A stretch of DNA of 61,933 bases, counting the filler. It is 3 parts of 3 records of this genome, joined end to end, with 100 filler letters (N's around TTAATTAATTAA, not from the genome) between each part and the next. Parts side by side here need not be neighbours in the genome. Positions count along the whole stretch, not along the records: positions 1 to 31,002 come from SRR22947727_1963; 2 more parts are not named here. One strand, 5' to 3'. A program made the position numbers and the translations under genes. Shown one piece after another: positions 10,121 to 19,362 of the stretch; position 1 is the first letter of the stretch; each line of letters starts with the position of its first letter. Below the pieces are notes generated by a model that had not been told where the DNA came from, made no database searches, and saw only the letters and a program-made list of their open reading frames with translations.

Positions 10121-11490
10121 ACGGAATGATGAATTTCGTGTGTAGAATTTTTCTCTCCGTTCTCCTGCTGTCAGCAGTGGGTGTTCGATTGCCGGCGGCG
10201 GAGGGATCCAAGCCAAATATCGTTTTCATCCTCGCGGATGATCTCGGTTACGGCGACCTCGGCTGTTATGGAAACACCGAAAATAAGACTCCTCACATTG
10301 ATCGGCTAGCGGCTGGTGGGGTTCGCTTCACTGACTTTCACAGCAATGGCCCGATGTGTTCTCCCACCCGGGCAGCATTACTCACTGGTCTTTATCAAAG
10401 TCGTTTTGGACGTCGCTTCGAATCGGCGCTCAGTGGAGCCCGCAATGACCCCGGTCTTCCTCTCGAAGCCATCACGATCGCAGAAGTAATGCGAGCCGCG
10501 GGATATGTGACCGGCTGTTTCGGTAAATGGCACCTGGGTTACGAAGCTCCTTATTTACCAACCAATCAGGGCTTCGACGAATTCCTCGGCCTGCTTTCGG
10601 GGGACGGGGATTACCACACGCAGGTTGATCGCTCCGGCAATCAAGACTGGTGGAAAGACGACGCCATCGCGATGGAAGAAGGCTACACCACGGATTTGCT
10701 CACGACTCATGCGACTGACTTTATAGAGCGTCATCACGATCGCCCTTTCTTCCTCCACGTTCCTCATCTTGCTGTTCATTTTCCGTGGCAGGGTCCGGAT
10801 GATCCCGCTCATCGAAAGGCAGGGAACTCTTACATGAAAGACAAGTGGGGCGTCATTCCTGATCGCTCGAATGTTCGACCGCATCTCACGGCGATGATCG
10901 AAAGCCTGGACAAGAGCGTGGGAGTCATCATCGCAGCTCTTGAAGAATACGGCCTTACCGAAAATACTCTGGTTGTCTTTAGCTCCGACAACGGCGGCTA
11001 TCTTGATTACGCGGGCGGCTTCAAAAACATCTCCGATATGGGTCCTTTGCGTGGGGAGAAAGGTCAGGTTTACGAAGGTGGTCATCGCGTTCCGGCGATC
11101 TTCTCGTGGCCTGGGAAAATCTCCGCCTCGGTCTGTCGGGAAACAGCCATGACCTTCGATCTTTTTCCCACCTTTGCCCGGCTCGCTGATGTGGATTCCG
11201 CTAACTTGAATCATTGCGACGGAGCCGATCTGCGCGCCACTTTCTTCGATTCCAAACCGCTTGACTCACGATCGCTCTTTTGGCGAATGGGAAGTAGCAA
11301 GGCAATTCGCCACGGGCGACATAAGCTCTGCTTCATTGGGAAAAAGGGCCCGGAGCTTTACGATCTCGACGCCGATCTTGGCGAATCCAACAACCTTGCA
11401 GACTCCAATCCCGATGCGGTTGCTCGTCTCACCAAACTTCTCACTGCCTGGGAAATGGACGTCGATGCATCCGCCAAAGCTTACGAATGA
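10117..11490 (+). CDS. S1 sulfatase, secreted
   Basis: PNIVFILADDLGYGD, CSPTRAALLTG, GKWHLG, SDNGG, EGGHRVP. Start may be a few codons later. Confidence 0.95.
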   Translation: MNGMMNFVCRIFLSVLLLSAVGVRLPAAEGSKPNIVFILADDLGYGDLGCYGNTENKTPHIDRLAAGGVRFTDFHSNGPMCSPTRAALLTGLYQSRFGRRFESALSGARNDPGLPLEAITIAEVMRAAGYVTGCFGKWHLGYEAPYLPTNQGFDEFLGLLSGDGDYHTQVDRSGNQDWWKDDAIAMEEGYTTDLLTTHATDFIERHHDRPFFLHVPHLAVHFPWQGPDDPAHRKAGNSYMKDKWGVIPDRSNVRPHLTAMIESLDKSVGVIIAALEEYGLTENTLVVFSSDNGGYLDYAGGFKNISDMGPLRGEKGQVYEGGHRVPAIFSWPGKISASVCRETAMTFDLFPTFARLADVDSANLNHCDGADLRATFFDSKPLDSRSLFWRMGSSKAIRHGRHKLCFIGKKGPELYDLDADLGESNNLADSNPDAVARLTKLLTAWEMDVDASAKAYE

Positions 11491-12872
11491 GAACCTCACA
11501 ATTCAGTGCCCTGATCGCCTGTGCTTTCGCTTTTCTCTGGAGTGAATCTTCCCGAGCCGAGCAACCGAACATTGTTTTCATCATGGCCGATGATCTCGGC
11601 TATGGCGACCTCGGCTCGTATGGAGGGACCACCATCGCCACGCCCAACCTCGACCGACTTGCTGCCGAAGGGCTTCGTTTTACTCAGGCATACTCCGGCG
11701 GTCCGGTCTGCACCTCCGCTCGTAGCGTCCTGATGACCGGATTCCACAACGGCCACACGGTCGCTCGCGACAACGTCCCTCACTATCGCACTTACCTCCG
11801 CGACGTGGATGTTACCGTTGCTGAAGTGCTCAAAGATGCTGGCTACCGTTGCGGAGGCATTGGGAAATGGTCCCTCGGAGACGCCGGCACCGAAGGTCGT
11901 GCCACCGCCCAGGGATTCGATAGCTGGTTCGGATATCTCAATCAAGACCACGCTCACTACTACTATCCGGAGTACCTCGATGATGACGAAGGGCGGCTTG
12001 AACTCAAAGGCAACACCGACTCTCGCAAACACTATTCCCACGACTTGTTCACGGAGCACGCTCTCAAGTTCATTCGAGAATCAAAAGATGCACCGTTCTT
12101 CTTTTACGGCGCCTACGCCCTCCCGCATTTTTCGGCAAGGGCCGAAGACCCCGACGGCTTTACCGTTCCCACAACCGAGCCCTACACGGATCGCGATTGG
12201 GATCCGACTTCTAAGAAATATGCCGCCATGGTTCACATGCTTGATCGTGATGTGGGAAAAATCATCGATCTCATTGATGACCTCGGCCTGCGTGAGAACA
12301 CGCTCATTGTTTTTACCAGCGACAACGGTGGGCACAAAACCATCCATGAGCGTTTTGACACCAATGGCCCGCTTCGTGGATACAAGCGTGACCTTACCGA
12401 GGGCGGTATCCGTGTTCCATTTGTCGCTAGCTGGCGTGGCACTATTCCCTCCGGGCAGGCCAGCGATGCGGTCTTTGCTTTTCAGGACATGCTACCGACT
12501 TTTGCGGAAATGGCGGGTGTCGCACCTCCGGAAAATCTGGACGGGATTTCGGTTCTTTCTGCCTTGAAAGGTGACAGGCTCAAAAACCAGCAACGCCACC
12601 TCTATTGGGACTATGGCCACTGTCGCGGAAATCAATACGCTCAGGCTTTCCGCCTCGCCGATTGGAAAGGCATTCGCTCCAGAAAAACCGGCAACGTCAT
12701 GGAGCTCTACGATCTCGCTACTGATATTGGAGAAGCGAAAAACCTTGCAGACGCTCATCCTAAAATTGTTCAGCGCATCGCCAAACTCATGGATGAGGCC
12801 GTTATTCCCAATCCTCGATATGAAGTCGGGACGGTTTACAAAGGGGGAGCCATCTGGAAGAAAGCTAAATAA
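11487..12872 (+). CDS. S1 sulfatase (CTSAR variant motif), secreted
   Basis: PNIVFIMADDLGYGD, CTSARSVLMTG, GKWSLG, SDNGG, EGGIRVP; ATGA overlap with the upstream sulfatase. Confidence 0.94.
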   Translation: MRTSQFSALIACAFAFLWSESSRAEQPNIVFIMADDLGYGDLGSYGGTTIATPNLDRLAAEGLRFTQAYSGGPVCTSARSVLMTGFHNGHTVARDNVPHYRTYLRDVDVTVAEVLKDAGYRCGGIGKWSLGDAGTEGRATAQGFDSWFGYLNQDHAHYYYPEYLDDDEGRLELKGNTDSRKHYSHDLFTEHALKFIRESKDAPFFFYGAYALPHFSARAEDPDGFTVPTTEPYTDRDWDPTSKKYAAMVHMLDRDVGKIIDLIDDLGLRENTLIVFTSDNGGHKTIHERFDTNGPLRGYKRDLTEGGIRVPFVASWRGTIPSGQASDAVFAFQDMLPTFAEMAGVAPPENLDGISVLSALKGDRLKNQQRHLYWDYGHCRGNQYAQAFRLADWKGIRSRKTGNVMELYDLATDIGEAKNLADAHPKIVQRIAKLMDEAVIPNPRYEVGTVYKGGAIWKKAK

Positions 12873-14096
12873 TTACTCTCCACCCACCACGAGTTTATTC
12901 GGTTTCGACCAAGTGATTCGTCCCAGAAGCAGATCTCCTTTGGCTCCGCGTTTTGGCATCCATTCCCCGACGGTCACCCACGACTCAGTGGGGCTGGCAT
13001 TGGTGACATGGAAATTTCCCATCAACGCGACACCGTCGGGATCCTTCACACCGTCGCCCACAAGCGGCAACGCGACCCGTTCCGTCTTGCGAATCAGGCA
13101 AAGTTTTTTCGGATCGACCTGCGCGACCCACAACGGTGAACGCCATCGAATCACTTTCTCGTTCGATTCATCTTTGCGGGTATAAACGAGGAACAATCCA
13201 TCGGAATGGGCCAGCCAATGCTGCTGGGTGGTGGACATACCGATCGGATCACCATTGTCCCACGACCACTTCTTTTTCTCGCTGTAATTCAAGCCGTCTG
13301 CGCTCACGGCGACATAGCCACTTCCGTCTTCGGCTCGGATGGTGAGATAGAATGTCCCGCCGAATTCAACGAGCGAAGGTTCGAGCAAGCCGCGACCAAC
13401 ATTCAAGGTGAGGGGAGATCCGACTTCGGCGATCTTCAACGTCTCGCCATTAAAGGTGCAACGCACTCCGGCAACCATGCGGCTTTCGGATTTTGAACCA
13501 AAGGTGAACGACATCATGATGTCGCCGTTTGGCATCACGACGCGTTGACCGCAATTGTTGGTGTAGATGTGCGCCCCACGCGGATCATCCCACTCGAGAA
13601 CTTTCCGCTCCGACCAACTGCCGTCTTTTCGGCGCACGCTGTATACCGGGTAGCGAGCGAGCTGATCGCCTTTTGCAAAACGCGGTCCCTTATAAAATAC
13701 AACGTGTCCCATCGCCAGCACCGTTCCGCTTTGCGGATGATACTGCGGCACGACATCGCAGACGCCAGCTTTCAACCCTTCGTGGTCCGGCATGGGATCG
13801 CGCCCCAATGAGTCGATCGGTTTAGGATCGCTCCAGGTCTTTCCGACGTCCCGTGATTCGCTCCAATGCACTTGTCCAAAATAATCCGAACCGCCGATCT
13901 CCTGAAGATTCATCAATGCGACAGGCGGACCATTTTCCTGCGGCACCAGACAGGCGCGGGGGTGAAACCACGTGAGCGACGCCCCGTTTCGATTTTTTCT
14001 CAGGGTGACCTTTTCGATCGATTTGATGAGGGGTTCCTCTGCGAATAGAGAAATGGAAATCGATAAACACAGGCAGCACGCGACGAAGGCTTTCAT
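12873..14096 (-). CDS. Sialidase/BNR-family secreted protein
   Basis: Signal peptide MKAFVACCLCLSISISLFA; SRDVGKTW and SADG Asp-box-like motifs; GRGLLEPSL, STTQQHW, RWRSPL. Confidence 0.78.
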   Translation of the reverse strand: MKAFVACCLCLSISISLFAEEPLIKSIEKVTLRKNRNGASLTWFHPRACLVPQENGPPVALMNLQEIGGSDYFGQVHWSESRDVGKTWSDPKPIDSLGRDPMPDHEGLKAGVCDVVPQYHPQSGTVLAMGHVVFYKGPRFAKGDQLARYPVYSVRRKDGSWSERKVLEWDDPRGAHIYTNNCGQRVVMPNGDIMMSFTFGSKSESRMVAGVRCTFNGETLKIAEVGSPLTLNVGRGLLEPSLVEFGGTFYLTIRAEDGSGYVAVSADGLNYSEKKKWSWDNGDPIGMSTTQQHWLAHSDGLFLVYTRKDESNEKVIRWRSPLWVAQVDPKKLCLIRKTERVALPLVGDGVKDPDGVALMGNFHVTNASPTESWVTVGEWMPKRGAKGDLLLGRITWSKPNKLVVGGE

Positions 14097-14151
14097 GAGT
14101 CTGATTAAACTGGAGAAATCTGCTTGAGGGAAGAACGCAATGCGGTCGTTC

Positions 14152-14622
14152 TCAAGCCAGCCACTCGCTGAGAAGACCGCGGTGATCCTCCTCTTCGAGA
14201 TGAGGGGCGAGAAAACCAAACTCGTCTCGCCCCGCGACTTCGGCCGCGTGCAGCAAGGTATTGTAAACCGTGTTGATGGTTCGATACCCCTTTTTTTGGT
14301 AGTCAGGATACTGCAGGTAGCGCCCCGCTTTCAACTTTCCGCCGGCTCTGCCGATCACCACCATCGGCCACTCGTAGCACTTGCTGTGATGCGTCTCAGC
14401 TCCATCGCTGAGATAAACAATCACCGTGCGATCAAGCAAGGTTCCGTCACCTTCGGGCACGGCGTCGAGGGTCTTCATCGTGCGGGCGATCAGTTGAATA
14501 TGAAACTCGCGAATCGCCTCAGAATTTTCCCAACCCGTCGGGTCAGCCTCGTTGTAGAGCGCATGGCCGATGCTGTGTTTGTTCTTTTCGATTCCTAACC
14601 CACCGAAGGTGATACTGAAGTT
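14152..14622 (-). pseudogene. 3' fragment of a DUF1552-family gene
   Basis: ...HSIGH...LDAVPEGDGTLLDRTVIVYLSDGAETHH...WPMVVIG.AGGKLKAGRYL is the typical DUF1552 C-terminus. No credible N-terminal half or start. Confidence 0.7.
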
Positions 14623-14841
14623 AGGGATGTCGACGCGGATCCACAACTCGCTGAACAGTTGGTAATGCCTGAATACCGCGGAAAAGTCGAACGGCTCATG
14701 CTCTACACTGTGCAGGCGATTGACTGGAATTGCCCTCAACAGATCACCCGCCGCTACTCGCTCGATGAAATCGTTGCCGGGATCGCTGCGGGAGACGCGA
14801 CCTTTCTCGATCTCATCCCCAGCGAACACTCCCAGACGTGA
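14620..14841 (+). pseudogene. 3' fragment of a pyridoxamine-5'-phosphate-oxidase-like FMN-binding protein gene
   Basis: VRDVDADPQLAEQLVMPEYRGKVERLMLYTVQAIDWNCPQQITRRY matches the family C-terminal (A/G)FDWNCPQHI(T/P)xR(Y/F) motif. N-terminus is absent. Confidence 0.65.
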
Positions 14842-14842
14842 T

Positions 14843-14950
14843 TCACTCCGGCCGAGGTGGAGGCCGCTTACCTTTCTCACCTTTTGGGGGTCCGCCTTTA
14901 CCTTTCCCTTTGCCGCCGCTTCCTCCCTTTTCAGTGACCTGATAGTTCAT
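14843..14950 (-). other. 35-aa Gly/Lys/Pro-rich small ORF or 3' gene remnant
   Basis: MNYQVTEKGGSGGKGKGKGGPPKGEKGKRPPPRPE*, preceded by AAGGGA. Resembles the KG tails of neighbouring secreted proteins. Confidence 0.4.
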
Positions 14951-14961
14951 GGTTCCCTTGT

Positions 14962-15056
14962 CGTAAGCGCCAACGGTGCGGCCCTATGTCAGCCCGGCGG
15001 CAACGCCCCGGGGAAAGTAACCCCCATATCAATTCGGTCCAACGAGCCAACCCTAA
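14962..15056. repeat. GC-rich palindromic element (second REP-like type)
   Basis: agcgccaacggtgcggccctatgtcagcccggcggcaacgccccgggg...tccaacgagccaaccct. Short GCC-AAC-GG hairpins; single copy in the window. Confidence 0.4.
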
Positions 15057-15106
15057 GATCCCCTTTTTTTGGCGCGAACCATAGTGCCGCCCCGAGATAA
15101 GGACTT

Positions 15107-17857
15107 TCAAGGGCCGGTCACGCTGATTCCAGGCTCAGCTTCAATCTCTTTCCCATCAGTGAATTTCACGGAAACCGGCTCTTCGTCAGGATTGAAAACC
15201 ACGTAGCCTTTTTCGAAAGCAACGGCGGTGGGGTGATTGGCCTGAACGTCGGATTTAAAATTCCCCAGCATCTGCAATGCCCCGAGCCACTGGCGGGTGT
15301 GAGTTACGGTTTCTCCGAGTTCACTTTGCGGATTTGAGCCGAGCCCTTCGTATCGTTCAATCGCTGCCGCGGGATCGGCCAACGCCAGGTATTCGAAAAG
15401 AATGTCCTGCCATTTGTCGAATTTTTCTGGATCGCCTTCGAACCCTCCGTTGTGAAAATTTCGGTTCGAGCTTTCGAGGTTCTTTAAATTGCGGAGTACG
15501 TAGTCTGGACTGCGACCGAGGTAGAGTGAACCAGCCGTGATCGGCAGATAATTGATCCCGTGAATTTCTTCGGGGTTCGCGGTCCACCAGGTGCCGTAGC
15601 TTCCTCCGTCTCCCCACACCATGCCAACACAGCTGTGGCCGTATCCGTCAGGAAAAACCGCGAGGTCTTCGTCGAACCAATAGTGGCGAATCGTTTCGGC
15701 TTCAGTGCTGTGCCAATAAATCCCGAGGTCGCGGATCTCGTCGCGTCCCGTTGCCTGGCCATAGAGAATCAGCGAGGTGGCGAAGTTCATCGATTCGGAA
15801 GACGACTCCTGATTGTTCCCCGAGCCAAAGCCAGCGTGGCCGGCTGCCCAGGAATGACCCGCGTAGGGATCCAGATTTCTCATCCAGGGAAAACGGGTGT
15901 CGCTGCGGTCATAGTTGGCGCAGTCGCGAATCAGCACGTCGATCATGGCTCCGTATTGATCGTCCGACACCCACTCGGGATCGAACTGCGCAATGGTCGC
16001 GGCAGCTTTGATGAAATAGCTGTAGTGAAAATGATGATCGTTGAGTTGCTCGCCGGAACCATAGCTGTCGGGATAACCGGTGACCGTTCCCCAGCGCTTG
16101 TCGAAGTAGAAAAAATACTTGTCGTCGCCATCAAACCAATCGGCGATGCGCGTCTTCATCAGCTCAAGCAAGCGGTCGCGGATTTCCGTTTTCCCAAGCT
16201 GGTCAGCGATTTGAATCAGCTCAGAAAACTTGCCGAATTCTTTTCCGTTCCAGTAGGTGTCGTCTTTTTCAAAAGCAATTCCAGCGGTGTCAGCCTCGAG
16301 CTGTTTTTCTAGAACAGAGACATCGGCCGGCGCAACGGGCAACGCAGGCAACGCTCCGAGATAGGGAATCGCGGTGGTGAAACTTGTTCCCGTCAGCACT
16401 TTCATTTCGCCACGAGGACTGACGTAGCTGAGTTTCACAAAGCGATTGCGATCGGCCTCGACGACGTGGAGATGCTGGTGACGATACAGCGCGATAATAG
16501 TATTGGTGTTCGTGCCTTCCATCGCCTCAGTCGTCGCGGTGTAGGTGGTGGCAACCGTTCCTGATTCCGAGTCATAGCGATAGCTGATTTTTGTATCGCG
16601 GAGAAAGGCGTAGGCAAATTTAGCGAAGCCTTCGAGCGTCTTCACGCCGTCGTCAGGCAGAGCGGCGACGGAGAGATAATTTTTCTCGGCAATATCGGAG
16701 GTAAGAGAGTCGGTTTGATCTCCCGCTTTGATTCCCCAATCGGTTCCAGTCGGTGCAAAGATCCCGAAATGACTTCCGTTCAGCGTCACACCAAGAACGC
16801 TTCCATTGGCGTAGAAAACCTTTGCGGCTCCATTTTTGGCGTCACCGCCGCCGACGGTCGCGATTTCTTTTTCGCCCACGTTTCGTTCTGTTCCGTCCGG
16901 CAGGGTGACTTTGCTTTCGGCCAATTTCAGATCAACGCTGCCCTCGCCAAAGACTTTCCAGAACTCAAAACGGATCGTGCCGTTTGTAAAATCCTGCATG
17001 TCGCCACGAGTCAGACCGAGGTCGAGCGCCTGCTTTTCGGACGAATACGTTTCCCATGAACCTTCAACTGGATCGGTCGCGAAGAGCTGAAATGTCTCGG
17101 TGCGATCCGTTTTGCCATCGCCATCAAAATCATAAACCAGCCGCGCTTTTGAACCGACGCCGATGTTTTTCCCTGCGTTGATCGACAGCTCAATTCCAGC
17201 GGCTGACTGATTGTGTTTTGCGGTGATGCCTTTCCACTCCATTACATACGGCGCAACTGGATCGCGATTGGCATCGAGTTTTGCAGCGGTGAACTGAATG
17301 TGAAAAGGTTGTGCGCTGCGTTTTTCAAAATACACAAACGGACTTCCGTGAGCAAACGTGGCACGCAATTCATCGTCGCCCTTTTTCCACAATCCGGTCA
17401 CCGCCCAGTCCGAAAATCCGTCCAAGACGGTGGCATCGGTTTCGATTTCTTTAAGCCCAACTCGCAGGCTTTCCCGATACGGAAACTTATAATTCGTGCC
17501 CATTTGAAAAACCTTGCCTTCATGAAGGTGATCCGAAATCTGAGTCTGAGTAGTGTAACCGATTCCGAGTCCATCGCCATGAGCCTGGACCGCGATAGGA
17601 TGAGGAAACATCGCCAGCGAATGCGGCGAATGCATTGGCCAGACCAGCGACGACCACCAGTCACTCGTCGGAATCGGGATGCCGGTGAGCTTTTCCGAAA
17701 CAAGCGGCGAAGCCTCGACTGACCGGCGCGCACTGCCATCGGCATTCGGCGGGAGATCCGTTCGATAGCTCCCTTTACCCGTCGGAACCTTGTCGGCGAA
17801 AGCCGTGGCCGCGACGGATAGAGCAAGACCGATCAGGAGAAAAGGAGGGAATTTCAT
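15107..17857 (-). CDS. Glycoside hydrolase family 81 endo-beta-1,3-glucanase (laminarinase) with an inserted module
   Basis: PTSDWWSSL, HGSPFVY, YVSPRGEMK, DTYWNGK, LNDHHFHYSYF, DPYAGHSWA, NNQESSSES (catalytic ExxxE), IHGINYLP. Confidence 0.93.
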   Translation of the reverse strand: MKFPPFLLIGLALSVAATAFADKVPTGKGSYRTDLPPNADGSARRSVEASPLVSEKLTGIPIPTSDWWSSLVWPMHSPHSLAMFPHPIAVQAHGDGLGIGYTTQTQISDHLHEGKVFQMGTNYKFPYRESLRVGLKEIETDATVLDGFSDWAVTGLWKKGDDELRATFAHGSPFVYFEKRSAQPFHIQFTAAKLDANRDPVAPYVMEWKGITAKHNQSAAGIELSINAGKNIGVGSKARLVYDFDGDGKTDRTETFQLFATDPVEGSWETYSSEKQALDLGLTRGDMQDFTNGTIRFEFWKVFGEGSVDLKLAESKVTLPDGTERNVGEKEIATVGGGDAKNGAAKVFYANGSVLGVTLNGSHFGIFAPTGTDWGIKAGDQTDSLTSDIAEKNYLSVAALPDDGVKTLEGFAKFAYAFLRDTKISYRYDSESGTVATTYTATTEAMEGTNTNTIIALYRHQHLHVVEADRNRFVKLSYVSPRGEMKVLTGTSFTTAIPYLGALPALPVAPADVSVLEKQLEADTAGIAFEKDDTYWNGKEFGKFSELIQIADQLGKTEIRDRLLELMKTRIADWFDGDDKYFFYFDKRWGTVTGYPDSYGSGEQLNDHHFHYSYFIKAAATIAQFDPEWVSDDQYGAMIDVLIRDCANYDRSDTRFPWMRNLDPYAGHSWAAGHAGFGSGNNQESSSESMNFATSLILYGQATGRDEIRDLGIYWHSTEAETIRHYWFDEDLAVFPDGYGHSCVGMVWGDGGSYGTWWTANPEEIHGINYLPITAGSLYLGRSPDYVLRNLKNLESSNRNFHNGGFEGDPEKFDKWQDILFEYLALADPAAAIERYEGLGSNPQSELGETVTHTRQWLGALQMLGNFKSDVQANHPTAVAFEKGYVVFNPDEEPVSVKFTDGKEIEAEPGISVTGP

Positions 17858-17952
17858 TAGGAAGTCAGGGTCAAGCCGTTGGCAGATATGTCACGGGATA
17901 TCCCTCACACACGGACTGTTTTTGTGTCTCTTTTCCCTCCAACGTTGTTCAA

Positions 17953-19206
17953 ATGATAAAGAACATTCTATCAGTTGGGATTGCTATTTCTCTCAGCCTT
18001 TCAGCGCAGGCAGATAATTGGCCGCAGTGGCGGGGACCAGACGCAACCAGCGTCGCGAAACCAGGGGAGTATCCGACTTCGTTTTCGAATGAAAAGAACG
18101 TCGCGTGGAAAGTGAAATTGCCCGGCGTCGGCAGTAGCACGCCAGCCGTTTGGGGAGACAAAATTATCGTGACCAGCGGGATCGAAGGCGAAGACGGCGT
18201 GACCGCTTATTCGTGGAAGGGCGAGCAGATCTGGCAAAAGACTCTCGGGAAAGAACGCGCAGGAAAACACAAGAACGGCAGCGGTTCGAATCCTTCTCCG
18301 ATTACCGATGGCGAAAACGTCTTCGTTTATTATAAAAGCGGCACGGTGGCTTCGCTGACGCTTGATGGCGTTGTGAATTGGAAAATCAATCTTCAGGAAA
18401 AATACGGTGAAGACACCTTGTGGTGGGATTTGGGAACGAGCCCAGTTTTCTGCGGAGACAATATCGTGATCGCCGTCATGCAGGAAGATGAATCCTACGT
18501 CGTCGCTTTGAGCCAGAAAGACGGAAGCGTCGCTTGGAAAACGGACCGCACTTACGAAGTTCAAAAGGAAACCGCCCAGTCCTACACCACGCCGCTGGTT
18601 CGCGAAATCGATGGCAAAGAAACCATCGTGATTTGGGGAGCGGATCGCTTGACGGGGCACGATCCAAAAACCGGAGAGACCTGGTGGACCTGCGAAGGAT
18701 TTAACCCAGAAGACAAAGCCATGTGGCGGGTCATCGCCTCGCCTGCATTCGACGGCGACATCGCAGTGATTCCCTACGGCCGCACAAAATTTACCGCCGC
18801 CGTAAAAATGGGTGGAAGCGGTGATATTACAAAAACGGCTCGTCTCTGGGAGCGCAAAAATCTCGGCGCGGATTGCCCCACGCCAGTCGCTCGCGATGGA
18901 AAAACGTATATTTTGTCGGATCGCGGACAGATCAACTGCATCGACACAAAAACTGGGAAAGACATCTGGGAAGACGCCATCCCGCGATCAAAATCGAATT
19001 ATTATTCCTCGCCGATTCTTGCTGGCGACGTGCTCTATTGCGCTCGCGAAGACGGAATGCTTGCCGCCGTGAAAATCAGCGATTCAGGCATGGAAGTGCT
19101 TTCAGAGAATGAGATGGGCGAGCGCGTTGCCGCCGCTCCTGTGCCGATCAATGGAAAGCTTCTCGTTCGTGGCGTCGGCCATTTGTTTTGTATCGGAGCT
19201 GAGTGA
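17953..19206 (+). CDS. PQQ-like beta-propeller repeat protein (BamB-like, PVC type)
   Basis: Signal peptide then DNWPQWRGP, WKVKLPGVGSSTPAVWG, repeated SP/TP...G...W propeller blades. Confidence 0.88.
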   Translation: MIKNILSVGIAISLSLSAQADNWPQWRGPDATSVAKPGEYPTSFSNEKNVAWKVKLPGVGSSTPAVWGDKIIVTSGIEGEDGVTAYSWKGEQIWQKTLGKERAGKHKNGSGSNPSPITDGENVFVYYKSGTVASLTLDGVVNWKINLQEKYGEDTLWWDLGTSPVFCGDNIVIAVMQEDESYVVALSQKDGSVAWKTDRTYEVQKETAQSYTTPLVREIDGKETIVIWGADRLTGHDPKTGETWWTCEGFNPEDKAMWRVIASPAFDGDIAVIPYGRTKFTAAVKMGGSGDITKTARLWERKNLGADCPTPVARDGKTYILSDRGQINCIDTKTGKDIWEDAIPRSKSNYYSSPILAGDVLYCAREDGMLAAVKISDSGMEVLSENEMGERVAAAPVPINGKLLVRGVGHLFCIGAE

Positions 19207-19303
19207 TTTCAGTTTATTGGCGATTCGATCCCGATTCAACTTCGTCGTTTGGAGGTCCAACTCGGCTTCCACATTTTTTTGCGATGAGCTGAAAGGTAAT
19301 CAA

Positions 19304-19348
19304 ACGAATCAACAGGGTCTATTCAGCGAACAGACCCTGTTCGATCGT
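19304..19348. repeat. REP-like palindromic repeat, copy C
   Basis: acgaatcAACAGGGTCTattcagcgaacAGACCCTGTTcgatcgt, between convergent genes. Confidence 0.72.
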
Positions 19349-19362
19349 AAAAAACGAATTTC

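Noticed and set aside
14152-14880. 242-aa ORF as an intact gene
   Set aside because: Its first third is mostly the antisense of the PNPOx-like fragment; only the part below about 14622 resembles DUF1552.
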